Positions 45,269 to 55,099 of a DNA stretch of 64,000 nucleotides are shown here, piece by piece. Source of the stretch: a virus (Duplodnaviria > Caudoviricetes); IMG/VR virus record IMGVR_UViG_3300032285_003957, positions 32,001-96,000 of that record; one strand, given 5' to 3'. Every line of letters starts with the position of its first letter. Positions within the stretch are counted from its first letter, which is position 1. Both the position numbers and the translations under genes were made by a program. The notes below the pieces were generated by a model, which saw only the letters and a list, made by a program, of their open reading frames with translations, ran no database searches and was not told the DNA's origin.

Positions 45269-46899
45269 TGAAAAAAATATTAATACCTCTCCTATTACTA
45301 TTTTTTTGTGTTAAATCTTTCGGTCAAAGCACTATAACACAAACTTACATTGACCCATGTGACAATAAAGTTTATGTGGTTACAATTCCATTTGGTCAAA
45401 ACCAAACTATTGCAATTATTAGAGGACAATCAAGAATAGTTACGTTAGCTGACATGAATAGTGGAGCGTTTCAATTATGGGTTAATAAGATATTTTCAAC
45501 ACCATGTTCAACACAAAATGACGCAATAGCAGCCGCACAAGCGGCAGCAGCAAAAGCGGCGGCAGACGCAGCAGCTAAAGCAGCAGCAGATGCGGCAGCA
45601 AAGGCCGCGGCAGACGCAGCAGCAAAAGCAGCAGCGGCAGCTGCATCAAACGCTGCAGGTAATGCGGCTTCATCAGCAGCAAGTGGCGCAGCGAGTTCTG
45701 CGGCCAGTTCAGCAGCAAGCGGAGCGGCTTCTAATGCAGCAAGTTCAGCAGCATCATCATCTGCAAGTTCTGCGGCTAGTGGTAGCGCGAGTTCTGCGGC
45801 AGCAAGTTCAGCTGCGGCACCTCCACCTCCACCTGCGAGTGCACCACCGCCACCACCACCTGCGAGCGGAGGATCATCATCTCCACCACCGGCAAGTGGC
45901 AGCTCATCATCAGGAGGTGAAAGTAGCTCATCTTCAAGTAGCGGCTCATCATCAAGTAGTAGTTCATCTTCTTCTTCAAGTGGTGAAAGTAAATCAAGTG
46001 GAGGTTCTACTGAACAAAAATCAGAATCAAAAACCGAAAGTAAATCTGAATCAAAAACGGAAGAAAAGAAAACCGAATCAAAATCAGAAGAAAAAAAGGA
46101 AGAGTCTAAATCCGAAGAAAAGAAAAGCGACGATAAAAAAGAAGAAAAGAAAACAGAAGAAAAAAAGGAAGATAAAAAGGAAGAAGAAAAGAAAAAAGAA
46201 GAGAAGAAGAAAGAAGACGATAAAAAGAAAAAAGCGGAAGTTACTAATCCATTACTTTTGGCTTCAGATTTAACAACAGCACAACAGGCGGATGGTAGTT
46301 ATTTGGCGTCAATATCATTGGGTGTAAGTAAATCATCATTAATGGGTGATGAAAGTTATAGCGGAGGTTTAGTTGTTAATAGTAATTTAAGTTCAGTTGT
46401 TACAACAGCGGGTTATACTAAAATGGCTATGACAAAAGATGGACAATTAAGTGGTATCCATTCATATGGAACGGCATTTGCATATTTGGCAGGAAACTAT
46501 ATGAATTTGTTGGGATATACTTTCATAAAACCCACACCAAAAAGAGGAACGTATGGTTATAATTTAGGTGTGATTAATTTATTCCTTAAAAATGATAACG
46601 GAGGATTTGATTATAATGTAGCTTCATCGGCAATTGTCTTTTGGACCAAACCTTATGTATATTCAAAAAAACTTACGATATCACCACAAGTGTTTAGCAT
46701 GTTTTCACCCATTGCTTGGAATAGTGTTACTAACGTAACAACCGTAAATAGACATATGGGCTTTTTGTTAGGTTCTTCATTTGATTACAAACTAAGCAAA
46801 AGATTTGGGTTTAGTTTTAATTACAAATTAAGTGGTAACACAAAACCTGGTACACAATTCTTAAGTAACTTCTTGATTGGTTCAAGAATGATGCTTTAA
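45268..46899 (+). CDS. outer-membrane beta-barrel-like protein with Ala/Ser/Pro and Lys/Glu low-complexity linker
   Basis: signal peptide; long low-complexity stalk; beta-rich C-terminus. Confidence 0.65.
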   Translation: MKKILIPLLLLFFCVKSFGQSTITQTYIDPCDNKVYVVTIPFGQNQTIAIIRGQSRIVTLADMNSGAFQLWVNKIFSTPCSTQNDAIAAAQAAAAKAAADAAAKAAADAAAKAAADAAAKAAAAAASNAAGNAASSAASGAASSAASSAASGAASNAASSAASSSASSAASGSASSAAASSAAAPPPPPASAPPPPPPASGGSSSPPPASGSSSSGGESSSSSSSGSSSSSSSSSSSSGESKSSGGSTEQKSESKTESKSESKTEEKKTESKSEEKKEESKSEEKKSDDKKEEKKTEEKKEDKKEEEKKKEEKKKEDDKKKKAEVTNPLLLASDLTTAQQADGSYLASISLGVSKSSLMGDESYSGGLVVNSNLSSVVTTAGYTKMAMTKDGQLSGIHSYGTAFAYLAGNYMNLLGYTFIKPTPKRGTYGYNLGVINLFLKNDNGGFDYNVASSAIVFWTKPYVYSKKLTISPQVFSMFSPIAWNSVTNVTTVNRHMGFLLGSSFDYKLSKRFGFSFNYKLSGNTKPGTQFLSNFLIGSRMML

Positions 46900-47193
46900 T
46901 ACTTCTTTATCTAACACTAACGGTTTAATATGTTGACGTTGTTTACGAAATCCATATTCGGTTGTGATTTTAGAAAGTGTAATTCCAAATGAGGAACAAA
47001 TTAAAAGAAGACCTATAAATAAATTTAACATATTGTATTTTTTTTATATAACTATTAGAATAATACAACAAAAATATTAGTTTACCAAGAATAATTGGAT
47101 AATAACAAGAGGTTCTTGATATAATACAATAAAAAAATCCTCGAAGTAAAAACCCCGAGGATATGACAAAAATAACAGCACCTCTCCAAGTAC

Positions 47194-47547
47194 CTAATCA
47201 ATAGTAACCAATAATTTTTTATTTGTCAAGCGTTCGTATAAATTTCTTATTTCAATACAAGTTTCGTAATCTTCTTTTTGCTCAAAGTAGGGCATAACAT
47301 CACGAATCAAAACAATTGTCTGCTCTCGATAGAATACAAATTCAGTATCCCACTCCAAGCCTTTGATTAAGCCTTTAAGGTAAAGACTTAGAACTTTTTT
47401 ATCGCTATCAGCAAAACCTTCATAAATTTCAATAATTTTTTTATAAATCATTTCCTTGTTTGTTTCATAAATTTCATCGAAATCTTGGTATCTACCTTTA
47501 AGATGAAGGGTTCTGTAAGGCGTGCGTGTTTTCTTGTGGTAAGCCAT
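47194..47547 (-). CDS. hypothetical protein with C-terminal UVR-like motif
   Basis: FEQKEDYETCIEIRN; ends in TAG. Confidence 0.6.
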   Translation of the reverse strand: MAYHKKTRTPYRTLHLKGRYQDFDEIYETNKEMIYKKIIEIYEGFADSDKKVLSLYLKGLIKGLEWDTEFVFYREQTIVLIRDVMPYFEQKEDYETCIEIRNLYERLTNKKLLVTID

Positions 47548-47651
47548 TGTGTTAGAATTTATGTGTTTGTAATTATTTGAAGACTAAATTATATAATTTA
47601 ATTGATGCCGCCAAAAAAGATTCAGTATAAATACTGATTTTTTTTCAGAGC

Positions 47652-48137
47652 TTATTCACTATTTTTACTGCGGTCCCAACGTGCCTCTCTAACTTCAGGA
47701 GATAGTTGAAATTGTTCATCTATAGTGTGCTCAATTTTAACGTATTGAGCTATTTGATGTGTCCTACAATTTTTAAAATAATTATTAACATACCCTAATA
47801 TATTGTGTGTGCCGACGGGATTTGCTGAATGAACATAAATTTGTGGTAACGGTATTCCCCTATTCATACTTTCAGCTACAAGAAACTTTGCAGCATCTAA
47901 TCCTGTTTTCTCAGTAATGTTAGAATAATCAATCGTATAATTATTTTTTACATTTGTATAGTATTCAATCATAGCACTATCGCCTAAATCGTGGTCTAAA
48001 GATATAACTTCAAATCTTTCTAAACCATAACGTTTTACTTCCGTCACAAAATCATCGTAGTTCCTTACAACAATCCAATCTTCAGATATAGGCGTTCTCA
48101 CGTCATCAAGATATAATCTTTTTTTCTCAGTTTTCAT
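47652..48137 (-). CDS. cyclic-phosphate-processing receiver-like domain protein
   Basis: LYLDDVR, ISLDHDLG, KTGLDAAKFL, VHSANPVG. Confidence 0.75.
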   Translation of the reverse strand: MKTEKKRLYLDDVRTPISEDWIVVRNYDDFVTEVKRYGLERFEVISLDHDLGDSAMIEYYTNVKNNYTIDYSNITEKTGLDAAKFLVAESMNRGIPLPQIYVHSANPVGTHNILGYVNNYFKNCRTHQIAQYVKIEHTIDEQFQLSPEVREARWDRSKNSE

Positions 48138-49170
48138 CGTTCTTAAATGGTTTTGAATATTTTGGATAAATAGTTTTCCAAATTATATGTTTATAATCCT
48201 TATTGTCAAACATAGCAAATAAAATAGCAGAGTTAGTGTAACTTAACGCATAATGCGCAAACGTTTTTTTATCTGTTATATTATTTCTTTCTGTAATATT
48301 TTTAAAAATTAATCGATATTCTAAATCAATCGTTTTAAATTGTTGTTCAAAATGTTCTTTGGTTTCTTTAACCCAATTGTAAAATTCATCAGGAACCTTA
48401 TCAAGTATTTCATCCAACGGTTTACCTTCTTTAACATATTCAAAAATATCTCTATTTGAGATATTTGTTAAAATTTTGTGAAGACGTTTATACTCATCAC
48501 CTTTGATTTTCATACGAAAACCATTTTTAAAACGAATCACATATCCTTCTTTATCCTTGGATATTTCTTCTTTTAATAAATCATAGCCTTCACCCCAAGT
48601 CTTATATGTGGTAACAACTTCAAATCCCGCGTCCTGCGTCCAAAACAAACTACTGTCAGGTATTTCTTCACCTGTTTCAGTATGGAAAGCACCAAGAACG
48701 ACTAACTTTTCTTCATTACCATAATCAACAACAATTCTATTTTCAGGATAAATGATTTCAAACAAATACGTATTGTCTTTTCTCCACGCACTTATGTCAT
48801 GCCTATCAAGAATTTCTTTTCCTTTAATTGCTTGCGGTGATGTGAAGGAACCACGAGTAGCTAAAATCCATTGATTTTGATAATTAAAAAGAATTCCTAA
48901 TGAACCATCCATTTTTTCATAAACAACATAATCTTCATTTGGAATATCTTCAGGTTTATATTCTTCGTAATTAAAAAATTTTTTAAATGGTCTTGCAACA
49001 ATCTCACCTTTTGAATTAGTAACTAATCCACGACATTGTATGGTGATTTCGTCCCATAATCTTTCATATTGAACTTTAGGTGAATAATTCCAAATAGTTA
49101 AATCAAGTGTTGGATGTATTTGCTTATGAAGTAAACCATCTTTGTAATATTTTTCTAATGTAGTTAGCAC
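48127..49170 (-). CDS. T4 Rnl1-like RNA ligase
   Basis: RPFKKFFN, EKMDGSLG, ATRGSF, FEII, EGYV, MKIKG motifs. Confidence 0.9.
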   Translation of the reverse strand: MLTTLEKYYKDGLLHKQIHPTLDLTIWNYSPKVQYERLWDEITIQCRGLVTNSKGEIVARPFKKFFNYEEYKPEDIPNEDYVVYEKMDGSLGILFNYQNQWILATRGSFTSPQAIKGKEILDRHDISAWRKDNTYLFEIIYPENRIVVDYGNEEKLVVLGAFHTETGEEIPDSSLFWTQDAGFEVVTTYKTWGEGYDLLKEEISKDKEGYVIRFKNGFRMKIKGDEYKRLHKILTNISNRDIFEYVKEGKPLDEILDKVPDEFYNWVKETKEHFEQQFKTIDLEYRLIFKNITERNNITDKKTFAHYALSYTNSAILFAMFDNKDYKHIIWKTIYPKYSKPFKNDEN

Positions 49171-49237
49171 AGTTTTTGATTGGTGTTTTTTGTGGTGGAT
49201 TTACCGATTTAATAAAAGATTCGATAAACTGACTCAT

Positions 49238-49663
49238 TTACAATTTGATTTGAAATCTGTCCTTCATTTGCTGAAGTTTATCTTGCGGAACACCGTGAAC
49301 ATTTTCACCTTCGTGTCTATTTTCAACAATGACGCTATGAATACGATAATTATATCTTTCAGCCATTTCGTAATATTTTTCCATTTCCCATTCTTGGGTA
49401 AATGTATTAGCCACCACAATTTTTGATATTTCATATTTCATTCTTTCAGCACATTTTTCTTGACAAAAATTATGTGCCAATTTTATTTTCGAAGCATCAA
49501 AATTGTAATTACCCTTTTCATCAATAAAAAAATCGTCGGCAGATAAAACGTGTGAATCGTCAATCGATAAATTGCGCAATATTATTTGACCCAATGTTGA
49601 TTTACCTGAACCAGGTAAACCCCTTAATAATATTAAATCCCCTTTGTATATTTTTTCTTCCAT
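49238..49663 (-). CDS. polynucleotide-kinase-like P-loop protein (AAA_33)
   Basis: RGLPGSGKST, SADDF, VVANTF, HGVP. Confidence 0.8.
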   Translation of the reverse strand: MEEKIYKGDLILLRGLPGSGKSTLGQIILRNLSIDDSHVLSADDFFIDEKGNYNFDASKIKLAHNFCQEKCAERMKYEISKIVVANTFTQEWEMEKYYEMAERYNYRIHSVIVENRHEGENVHGVPQDKLQQMKDRFQIKL

Positions 49664-49721
49664 TTGGAAGTTTTTTTTAAAGTTAAAAAAATAGGGGTCG
49701 GGTATACCAACCCCCCATTTC

Positions 49722-49916
49722 TTATTTTACAGTTGTTTCAGTTTTAGAACCACCTGTAGTAGAATCTGTTTTAACTGCAGTGCTGTCAGTTGCTTTAGCT
49801 GTTGAATCAACAATTGTTGCAGTAGAGTCAGTTGTTTGAGTTGCGGTTGACCCTGAACCACATGCTGTTAGTGTAAGTGCTACACCAAGAGCCAATACTA
49901 ATGTAATTTTTTTCAT
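49722..49916 (-). CDS. small Thr/Ser-rich lipoprotein
   Basis: lipobox LTA-C; TDST repeats. Confidence 0.75.
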   Translation of the reverse strand: MKKITLVLALGVALTLTACGSGSTATQTTDSTATIVDSTAKATDSTAVKTDSTTGGSKTETTVK

Positions 49917-49964
49917 ATACCTTAAATATACGAAAAATAAGGCAGATTACAAAATATATTAATA

Positions 49965-50066
49965 AAAAAACCCCAACGAGTTGTCGGGGTTTAAGGTCTT
50001 TCAGTGAGTTCAACGTCACTTACTTTTGAAAAAAACGAAAAGGTAATCGACAAAGAGAACCTCCAA
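49965..50066 (-). ncRNA. putative late small RNA with its own terminator
   Basis: TATTTATA at 50070-50077; CCCCGAC/GTTGGGG stem plus U-tract; two blocks complementary to the 24.5-kb RNA. Confidence 0.5.
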
Positions 50067-50102
50067 GGATATAAATATATAAATTTTAGAAAAAATTAAA
50101 TA

Positions 50103-52121
50103 TTAAATAACTTTTTTTGCAATAAATAATTTTTCATCCTTAAATTTAATGGTAATTGATTGATTTTCAACAATATTACCTTTTAAAATCTCTTCGCTTA
50201 AGAAATCCTCTAAAAGATTTTGTATGATTCTTTTAAGAGGACGTGCACCATATTCTTCTTGTGAGTTTAATTCAAATACTCTGTTTAATAAAGTTTTATC
50301 AAAATTAATTTTGTATCCTTTTTCTTTTAAACGATTTGATAACTTATCGATTTCAATGGCGATGATTTTTTTCATCGTTTCTTCATTAAGTGCGTTGAAT
50401 AAAATAATATCATCGATACGATTTAAAAACTCGGGATTGAATTGTTGCTTCAATGCTTTTTGAATCATTGATTTTCTAACCTCAAGTTGTTCTTCTTCTT
50501 TACCTTTTAAATTAAAGCCGACACCACCACCTAATTCAGATACACGTTTAGCACCAACATTAGATGTCATGATAATAATCGTATTTGTAAAATTAACTTT
50601 TCTACCAAATGAATCGGTTAAGTGACCTTCATCTAAAATTTGAAGTAAAATATTAAACACGTCTTTGTGTGCTTTTTCAATTTCGTCAAATAACACAACG
50701 GAGAATGGATTGTTTTTTATCTTCTCAGTTAATTGACCACCTTCATCATATCCAACATAACCCGGAGGTGAACCAATTAATTTAGATACGTTATGTTTCT
50801 CCATGAACTCACTCATATCAACGCGAATGATTTTATCAGGGTCGCCAAATAATAATTCCGCAATTGATTTAGCTAAGAATGTTTTACCAACACCCGTTGA
50901 ACCTAAGAATATAAATGAACCAATTGGTTTATTCGCATCTTTAATACCAACGCGATTTCTTCTAATCGCTTTTGATATTGTGGTGATAGCATCATCTTGA
51001 CCAATAACCTTAGCTTGTAAAATTTGTTCCATTTTTAAAAGCTTCTCAGTTTCTTTAGCATCCAATTTAGTAATTGGAACACCAGTCATATTAGTGATGA
51101 TAGTATAAACATCATCAACACTAACAGGGGTCTTATTATCTTTTAATGAATCAGCCCACTTTTGTTTTTCAACATCTAATTTAGTGTTAAGCTTTTTTTC
51201 GTCATCGCGTAACTTAGCTGCTTGTTCGTAATTTTGCTTTTTAACGACATCAAGCTTCTTATCCTTAATTTCATCAATTTCTTTTTTTAATTTTTCAATT
51301 GAATCGGGAACACGGCTTGTTACTTTCTTTTCAGAACCCAACTCATCCAAAACATCGATTGCTTTATCAGGGAATTGTCTATCGGTAATATATCTACCTG
51401 ATAATTTGACGATTGTTTGAATAACATCGTCTTGATATAATACCTTATGAAACGTTTCGTAAGATGGTTGTAAATTTTTTAAGATTTCAACCGTTTCAGC
51501 AGCTGTTGGTTCTTGTAAAATAATTTTTTGGAAGCGACGAACTAAAGCAGCATCTTTTTCAATATGTTTTTTGAATTCATCAAACGTTGTTGCACCAATA
51601 CATTGTATTTCACCGCGTGCAAGCGCAGGCTTTAATATATTAGCAGCATCCATTGCACCACTTGCATTACCAGCACCAACCATAGTATGTAATTCATCGA
51701 TGAAAACAATTACATTTGGTTCAGCTTGTAATTCATTTAATATTGCTTTAATTCTTTCTTCAAATTGACCACGATATTTTGTTCCTGCAACTAATGATGT
51801 TAAATCTAAAGAAACTAATCTTTTATCCAAAAGATTGGAAGGACATTCACCCTTTTGAATTAATAACGCAAGCTTTTCAACTAACGCTGATTTACCAACA
51901 CCAGCATCACCTACAATAACTGCATTATTTTTTTTCTTACGAGATAAAATTTGCGCAATGCGCTTTACCTCTTTATCTCGGCCAACGACAGGATCAATCT
52001 TTCCTTCTTCAGCCATTTTGTTTAAGTCGCGAGAAAAGTTATCAAGTATCGGCGTTGATGAGCCTTTTCTAACTTTCTTTGGACTGATGGGTGCACCATC
52101 ATCGAAATAATCTACTGACAT
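50103..52121 (-). CDS. clpC: ClpC-type AAA+ ATPase lacking the N-terminal Clp-repeat domain
   Basis: two Walker A motifs (GDAGVGKS, GSTGVGKT), UVR-type middle domain, VGF ClpP-docking loop. Confidence 0.85.
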   Translation of the reverse strand: MSVDYFDDGAPISPKKVRKGSSTPILDNFSRDLNKMAEEGKIDPVVGRDKEVKRIAQILSRKKKNNAVIVGDAGVGKSALVEKLALLIQKGECPSNLLDKRLVSLDLTSLVAGTKYRGQFEERIKAILNELQAEPNVIVFIDELHTMVGAGNASGAMDAANILKPALARGEIQCIGATTFDEFKKHIEKDAALVRRFQKIILQEPTAAETVEILKNLQPSYETFHKVLYQDDVIQTIVKLSGRYITDRQFPDKAIDVLDELGSEKKVTSRVPDSIEKLKKEIDEIKDKKLDVVKKQNYEQAAKLRDDEKKLNTKLDVEKQKWADSLKDNKTPVSVDDVYTIITNMTGVPITKLDAKETEKLLKMEQILQAKVIGQDDAITTISKAIRRNRVGIKDANKPIGSFIFLGSTGVGKTFLAKSIAELLFGDPDKIIRVDMSEFMEKHNVSKLIGSPPGYVGYDEGGQLTEKIKNNPFSVVLFDEIEKAHKDVFNILLQILDEGHLTDSFGRKVNFTNTIIIMTSNVGAKRVSELGGGVGFNLKGKEEEQLEVRKSMIQKALKQQFNPEFLNRIDDIILFNALNEETMKKIIAIEIDKLSNRLKEKGYKINFDKTLLNRVFELNSQEEYGARPLKRIIQNLLEDFLSEEILKGNIVENQSITIKFKDEKLFIAKKVI

Positions 52122-52277
52122 GTGTTTATAATTTAATGTTGATACAAATATAACAATAATTGTGATAAAAACCAAACCAAGACAAATTGTCAAAAAAAAT
52201 TTGTATATTATGACAAAGTGTCAATATTTTTGTTGTGGCAAATAATTTGATTAAATGTAATAAAAAAATATAATACT

Positions 52278-52646
52278 ATGATTACATTATTCAAAGACCC
52301 ATTCTTTCAAGGATTTGAAAGCGTGTTTGAAACATCAAAGTTTCTAAAAACTCCTGAAACTAAAGTTCAGAAAACCGAGACCGAATATAAGGTTTCATTA
52401 AGCGTCCCTGGTTTAACTAAGGACGATTTAAAAATAACAACCAAAGAAGGTGTCTTAACCATTCAATTTGAAAAAGACGAAAAGGATTTGGAACACCATT
52501 TCATTGGTTCGTTTGTTAAATCATATAATGTTCCTGATGACGTTAAAGAAAAGGATATCATCGGTAAGGTTGAGAACGGTGTGCTTGAATTGGTGCTACC
52601 AATTGATAAGAAGAAGTCATTGGAAAGACTAATTTCGTTGAATTAA
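52278..52646 (+). CDS. Hsp20 small heat-shock protein
   Basis: SVPGLTKDDLKI..GVLTI..ENGVLELVLP. Confidence 0.9.
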   Translation: MITLFKDPFFQGFESVFETSKFLKTPETKVQKTETEYKVSLSVPGLTKDDLKITTKEGVLTIQFEKDEKDLEHHFIGSFVKSYNVPDDVKEKDIIGKVENGVLELVLPIDKKKSLERLISLN

Positions 52647-52730
52647 CAAAATTTTTTAATATTTTTTGCTCAAAATTTTTTTTTACCGAATTTTTTGTAT
52701 AAATTTATTACACACCTAAATTATATACAT

Positions 52731-52979
52731 ATGAGTATTAAAAAAGAAAAAATCAACGGAAGGATGATTGATTTGAACATCACATCATCAAGTCTTAAAT
52801 CGGCTTCATTCGATTGTTTGACTGAAAAATTAGTTGTTAATTTTAACAACGGCGCATCTTACGAATACAGAAAGGTCCCAACTTTGTTATTCACAAAGTT
52901 CAGATTATCTGAATCGCAAGGTAAGTTTTTCAATCGTTACATTGCAAAGCAATTTAAGTTCAAAAAAGTTTCAAACTAA
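52731..52979 (+). CDS. KTSC-domain protein
   Basis: SSSLKSASFD..FNNGASYEY..SQGKFFNRYI. Confidence 0.85.
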   Translation: MSIKKEKINGRMIDLNITSSSLKSASFDCLTEKLVVNFNNGASYEYRKVPTLLFTKFRLSESQGKFFNRYIAKQFKFKKVSN

Positions 52980-53048
52980 AGATAAGCCCCGAGAAATCGG
53001 GGTTTTCTTTTTGGTATTTATTAGATATATTATTAAAAAATAACTAAT

Positions 53049-53294
53049 ATGTCTATTTTATCTGAAGCAATAAATGGTAAAGAAATCTCTGTTACCATCA
53101 AATCATCTAACATTACGGCCGCCACTTATGACACCGAAGCGGAAACATTAGCAATAACATTTAATACTGGTGGTATTTATGTATATAATAAAGTTCCTTG
53201 GGCGCTATTCACTAAATTTAGAATGGCTGACTCCCAAGGAAAATTCTTTAACGAGAAAATCGCTAAGAATCACGAATATACCAAAGTAAAATGA
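53049..53294 (+). CDS. KTSC-domain protein (tandem paralog)
   Basis: SSNITAATYD..FNTGGIYVY..SQGKFFNEKI. Confidence 0.85.
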   Translation: MSILSEAINGKEISVTIKSSNITAATYDTEAETLAITFNTGGIYVYNKVPWALFTKFRMADSQGKFFNEKIAKNHEYTKVK

Positions 53295-54037
53295 GTTTAT
53301 TTGAAGAATTAATTGAGGATAAGGAAGGTGACGAAAGGATTATTAAATCTTTTGAAACTAAAGAAGAATTATCCCCTCAAATATTTGAAGGTAACAAAAT
53401 GCGCGATGACATCAAGGATAAGTTATTGGAAATAGCTGACGACTTTATTGAAAGCCTTGGCGTTGATTTTTTTATTCATGATATTGTTCTTACGGGTTCG
53501 CTTGCAAATTACAATTGGTCTGATTTTTCAGACGTTGACCTACATATCATGATTGATTTTAAAGAATCGAAATATAATTCCGATATCCTAAAAGAGTTTT
53601 TTGATGCAAAAAAAGCGGTATGGAATGAAAAACATGAAGTAATTGTAAAAGGTTACGATGTTGAATTATACGTTCAAGATGTTGAAGAAGAGCATGTATC
53701 ATCCGGTGTTTATTCTGTTTTACACGATAAATGGTTGGTTAAGCCGAGTAAGAATAAGGCGAAGATTGATGACAGAAAAATATTAAGCAAAGGTGAGGAG
53801 TTTGCTAAGAAAATTGACGCTTTGATTGCGCAATCGCAAAAAGGTGTTAATGTTTTAGATAAAATCGAGTCCTTAAGAAAGAAGCTTAAGGAGTTTAGAC
53901 AAAGTGGTTTGGATACGGGCGGTGAGTATTCTTATGAAAATTTAACCTTCAAACTATTGCGTAGAAACGGATATATTGAAAAACTATTAAAATTAAAAAC
54001 AAGCATTACGGATAAAAAATTGTCTGTGGCACAATAA
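53291..54037 (+). CDS. Pol-beta-superfamily nucleotidyltransferase
   Basis: LTGSLANYNW..SDVDLHI and VELYVQD motifs. Confidence 0.8.
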   Translation: MSLFEELIEDKEGDERIIKSFETKEELSPQIFEGNKMRDDIKDKLLEIADDFIESLGVDFFIHDIVLTGSLANYNWSDFSDVDLHIMIDFKESKYNSDILKEFFDAKKAVWNEKHEVIVKGYDVELYVQDVEEEHVSSGVYSVLHDKWLVKPSKNKAKIDDRKILSKGEEFAKKIDALIAQSQKGVNVLDKIESLRKKLKEFRQSGLDTGGEYSYENLTFKLLRRNGYIEKLLKLKTSITDKKLSVAQ

Positions 54038-54106
54038 ATACCCTTATTTTTTTCCGTATTACAATGTATTTATATGATAAGAATAAGTTAACTTAATTAT
54101 TAAAAA

Positions 54107-55096
54107 ATGGCAGATTTGAAACCAGTCGGTAGCGAAAAGTTACAAGGTGACGAGAAAATGAAAAGAATTCTCGAATTAACATACTACGGTAACAATAAAA
54201 AATCCTCAACAACTAAACCTGAGTTAGTAAAAGAATCTAAAATAGGTGGTGTATATGGTATCGTTAAAGAAAAAGACGGTTACTATGTTAAAAGAGGTTT
54301 AAATGAATCATCACTCGATTATATCGGTGGTATGTTCATGAAAAATAAAAACAAATTTAGCTCATACGGCGAAGCTTTAAAAAGATTAAATCTTATTCAA
54401 GGTCAAGACGAGTTAAACGAAGCAACAAAGTATGTTTTAAAACCATCAAAACCTGAAGCGGAATTACCGGAACAAGACATGCCACCTGCACCGGCTCCTG
54501 CACCTGAAGATGCGGCTGCTCCTGCACCTGATGCCGCACCGGCTCCTGATGCTGCTCCTGCTCCAGAAATGGGCGATGCACCTGATGGTCCTGATACCGC
54601 AGATTCTGTAGGTAGTGGTGACGAAGAAGGAAAGCGTTCAAGCTATATGGCTGAAGTTCAAAAATACGCGGGTAAATTAGGTCAAGAATTAAGAGACCAA
54701 CATGAGAAAATGGAAAGCGATGATATCAAATACGTTTTAAACATGATTATATCTGCGGTTGATTTAGACAAATTAGACGATGAAGATATTGAAGAAATAG
54801 GTAAGAAATTTGAAAGAGACGAAGAAGGTGAAGAAGGTGGTGAACAACCAACAGGTGAAGAGCCTGCTGTTGAGCCAGAAGCTGCTCCTGACGCTCCTGA
54901 TCAAGATATGGGCGAGGGAATGAATGCTCTTGAGGCATTTGTAAATTCAGGCGCACCTGCTCAACAAAATGAAACAAGTTTATCTGACTACATGGATGAA
55001 AACAATTCTATGGATGGTGGTGATAAAACTGAATACATTGATTTAGAAGAAATAAAAAAAGCATTAGGTAATACTTTAAGCAAATACTTCAAATAA
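54107..55096 (+). CDS. candidate head protein, acidic with Pro/Ala linker
   Basis: several LNE sites; position upstream of terminase. Confidence 0.6.
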   Translation: MADLKPVGSEKLQGDEKMKRILELTYYGNNKKSSTTKPELVKESKIGGVYGIVKEKDGYYVKRGLNESSLDYIGGMFMKNKNKFSSYGEALKRLNLIQGQDELNEATKYVLKPSKPEAELPEQDMPPAPAPAPEDAAAPAPDAAPAPDAAPAPEMGDAPDGPDTADSVGSGDEEGKRSSYMAEVQKYAGKLGQELRDQHEKMESDDIKYVLNMIISAVDLDKLDDEDIEEIGKKFERDEEGEEGGEQPTGEEPAVEPEAAPDAPDQDMGEGMNALEAFVNSGAPAQQNETSLSDYMDENNSMDGGDKTEYIDLEEIKKALGNTLSKYFK

Positions 55097-55099
55097 CAA

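Noticed and set aside
45590-46273. 227-aa Gln/His/Lys-rich ORF
   Set aside because: It is an alternate frame of the low-complexity linker of 45268-46899.
49828-50019. 63-aa minus-strand ORF
   Set aside because: It runs through a terminator and overlaps the lipoprotein gene out of frame; the region is better read as an sRNA.
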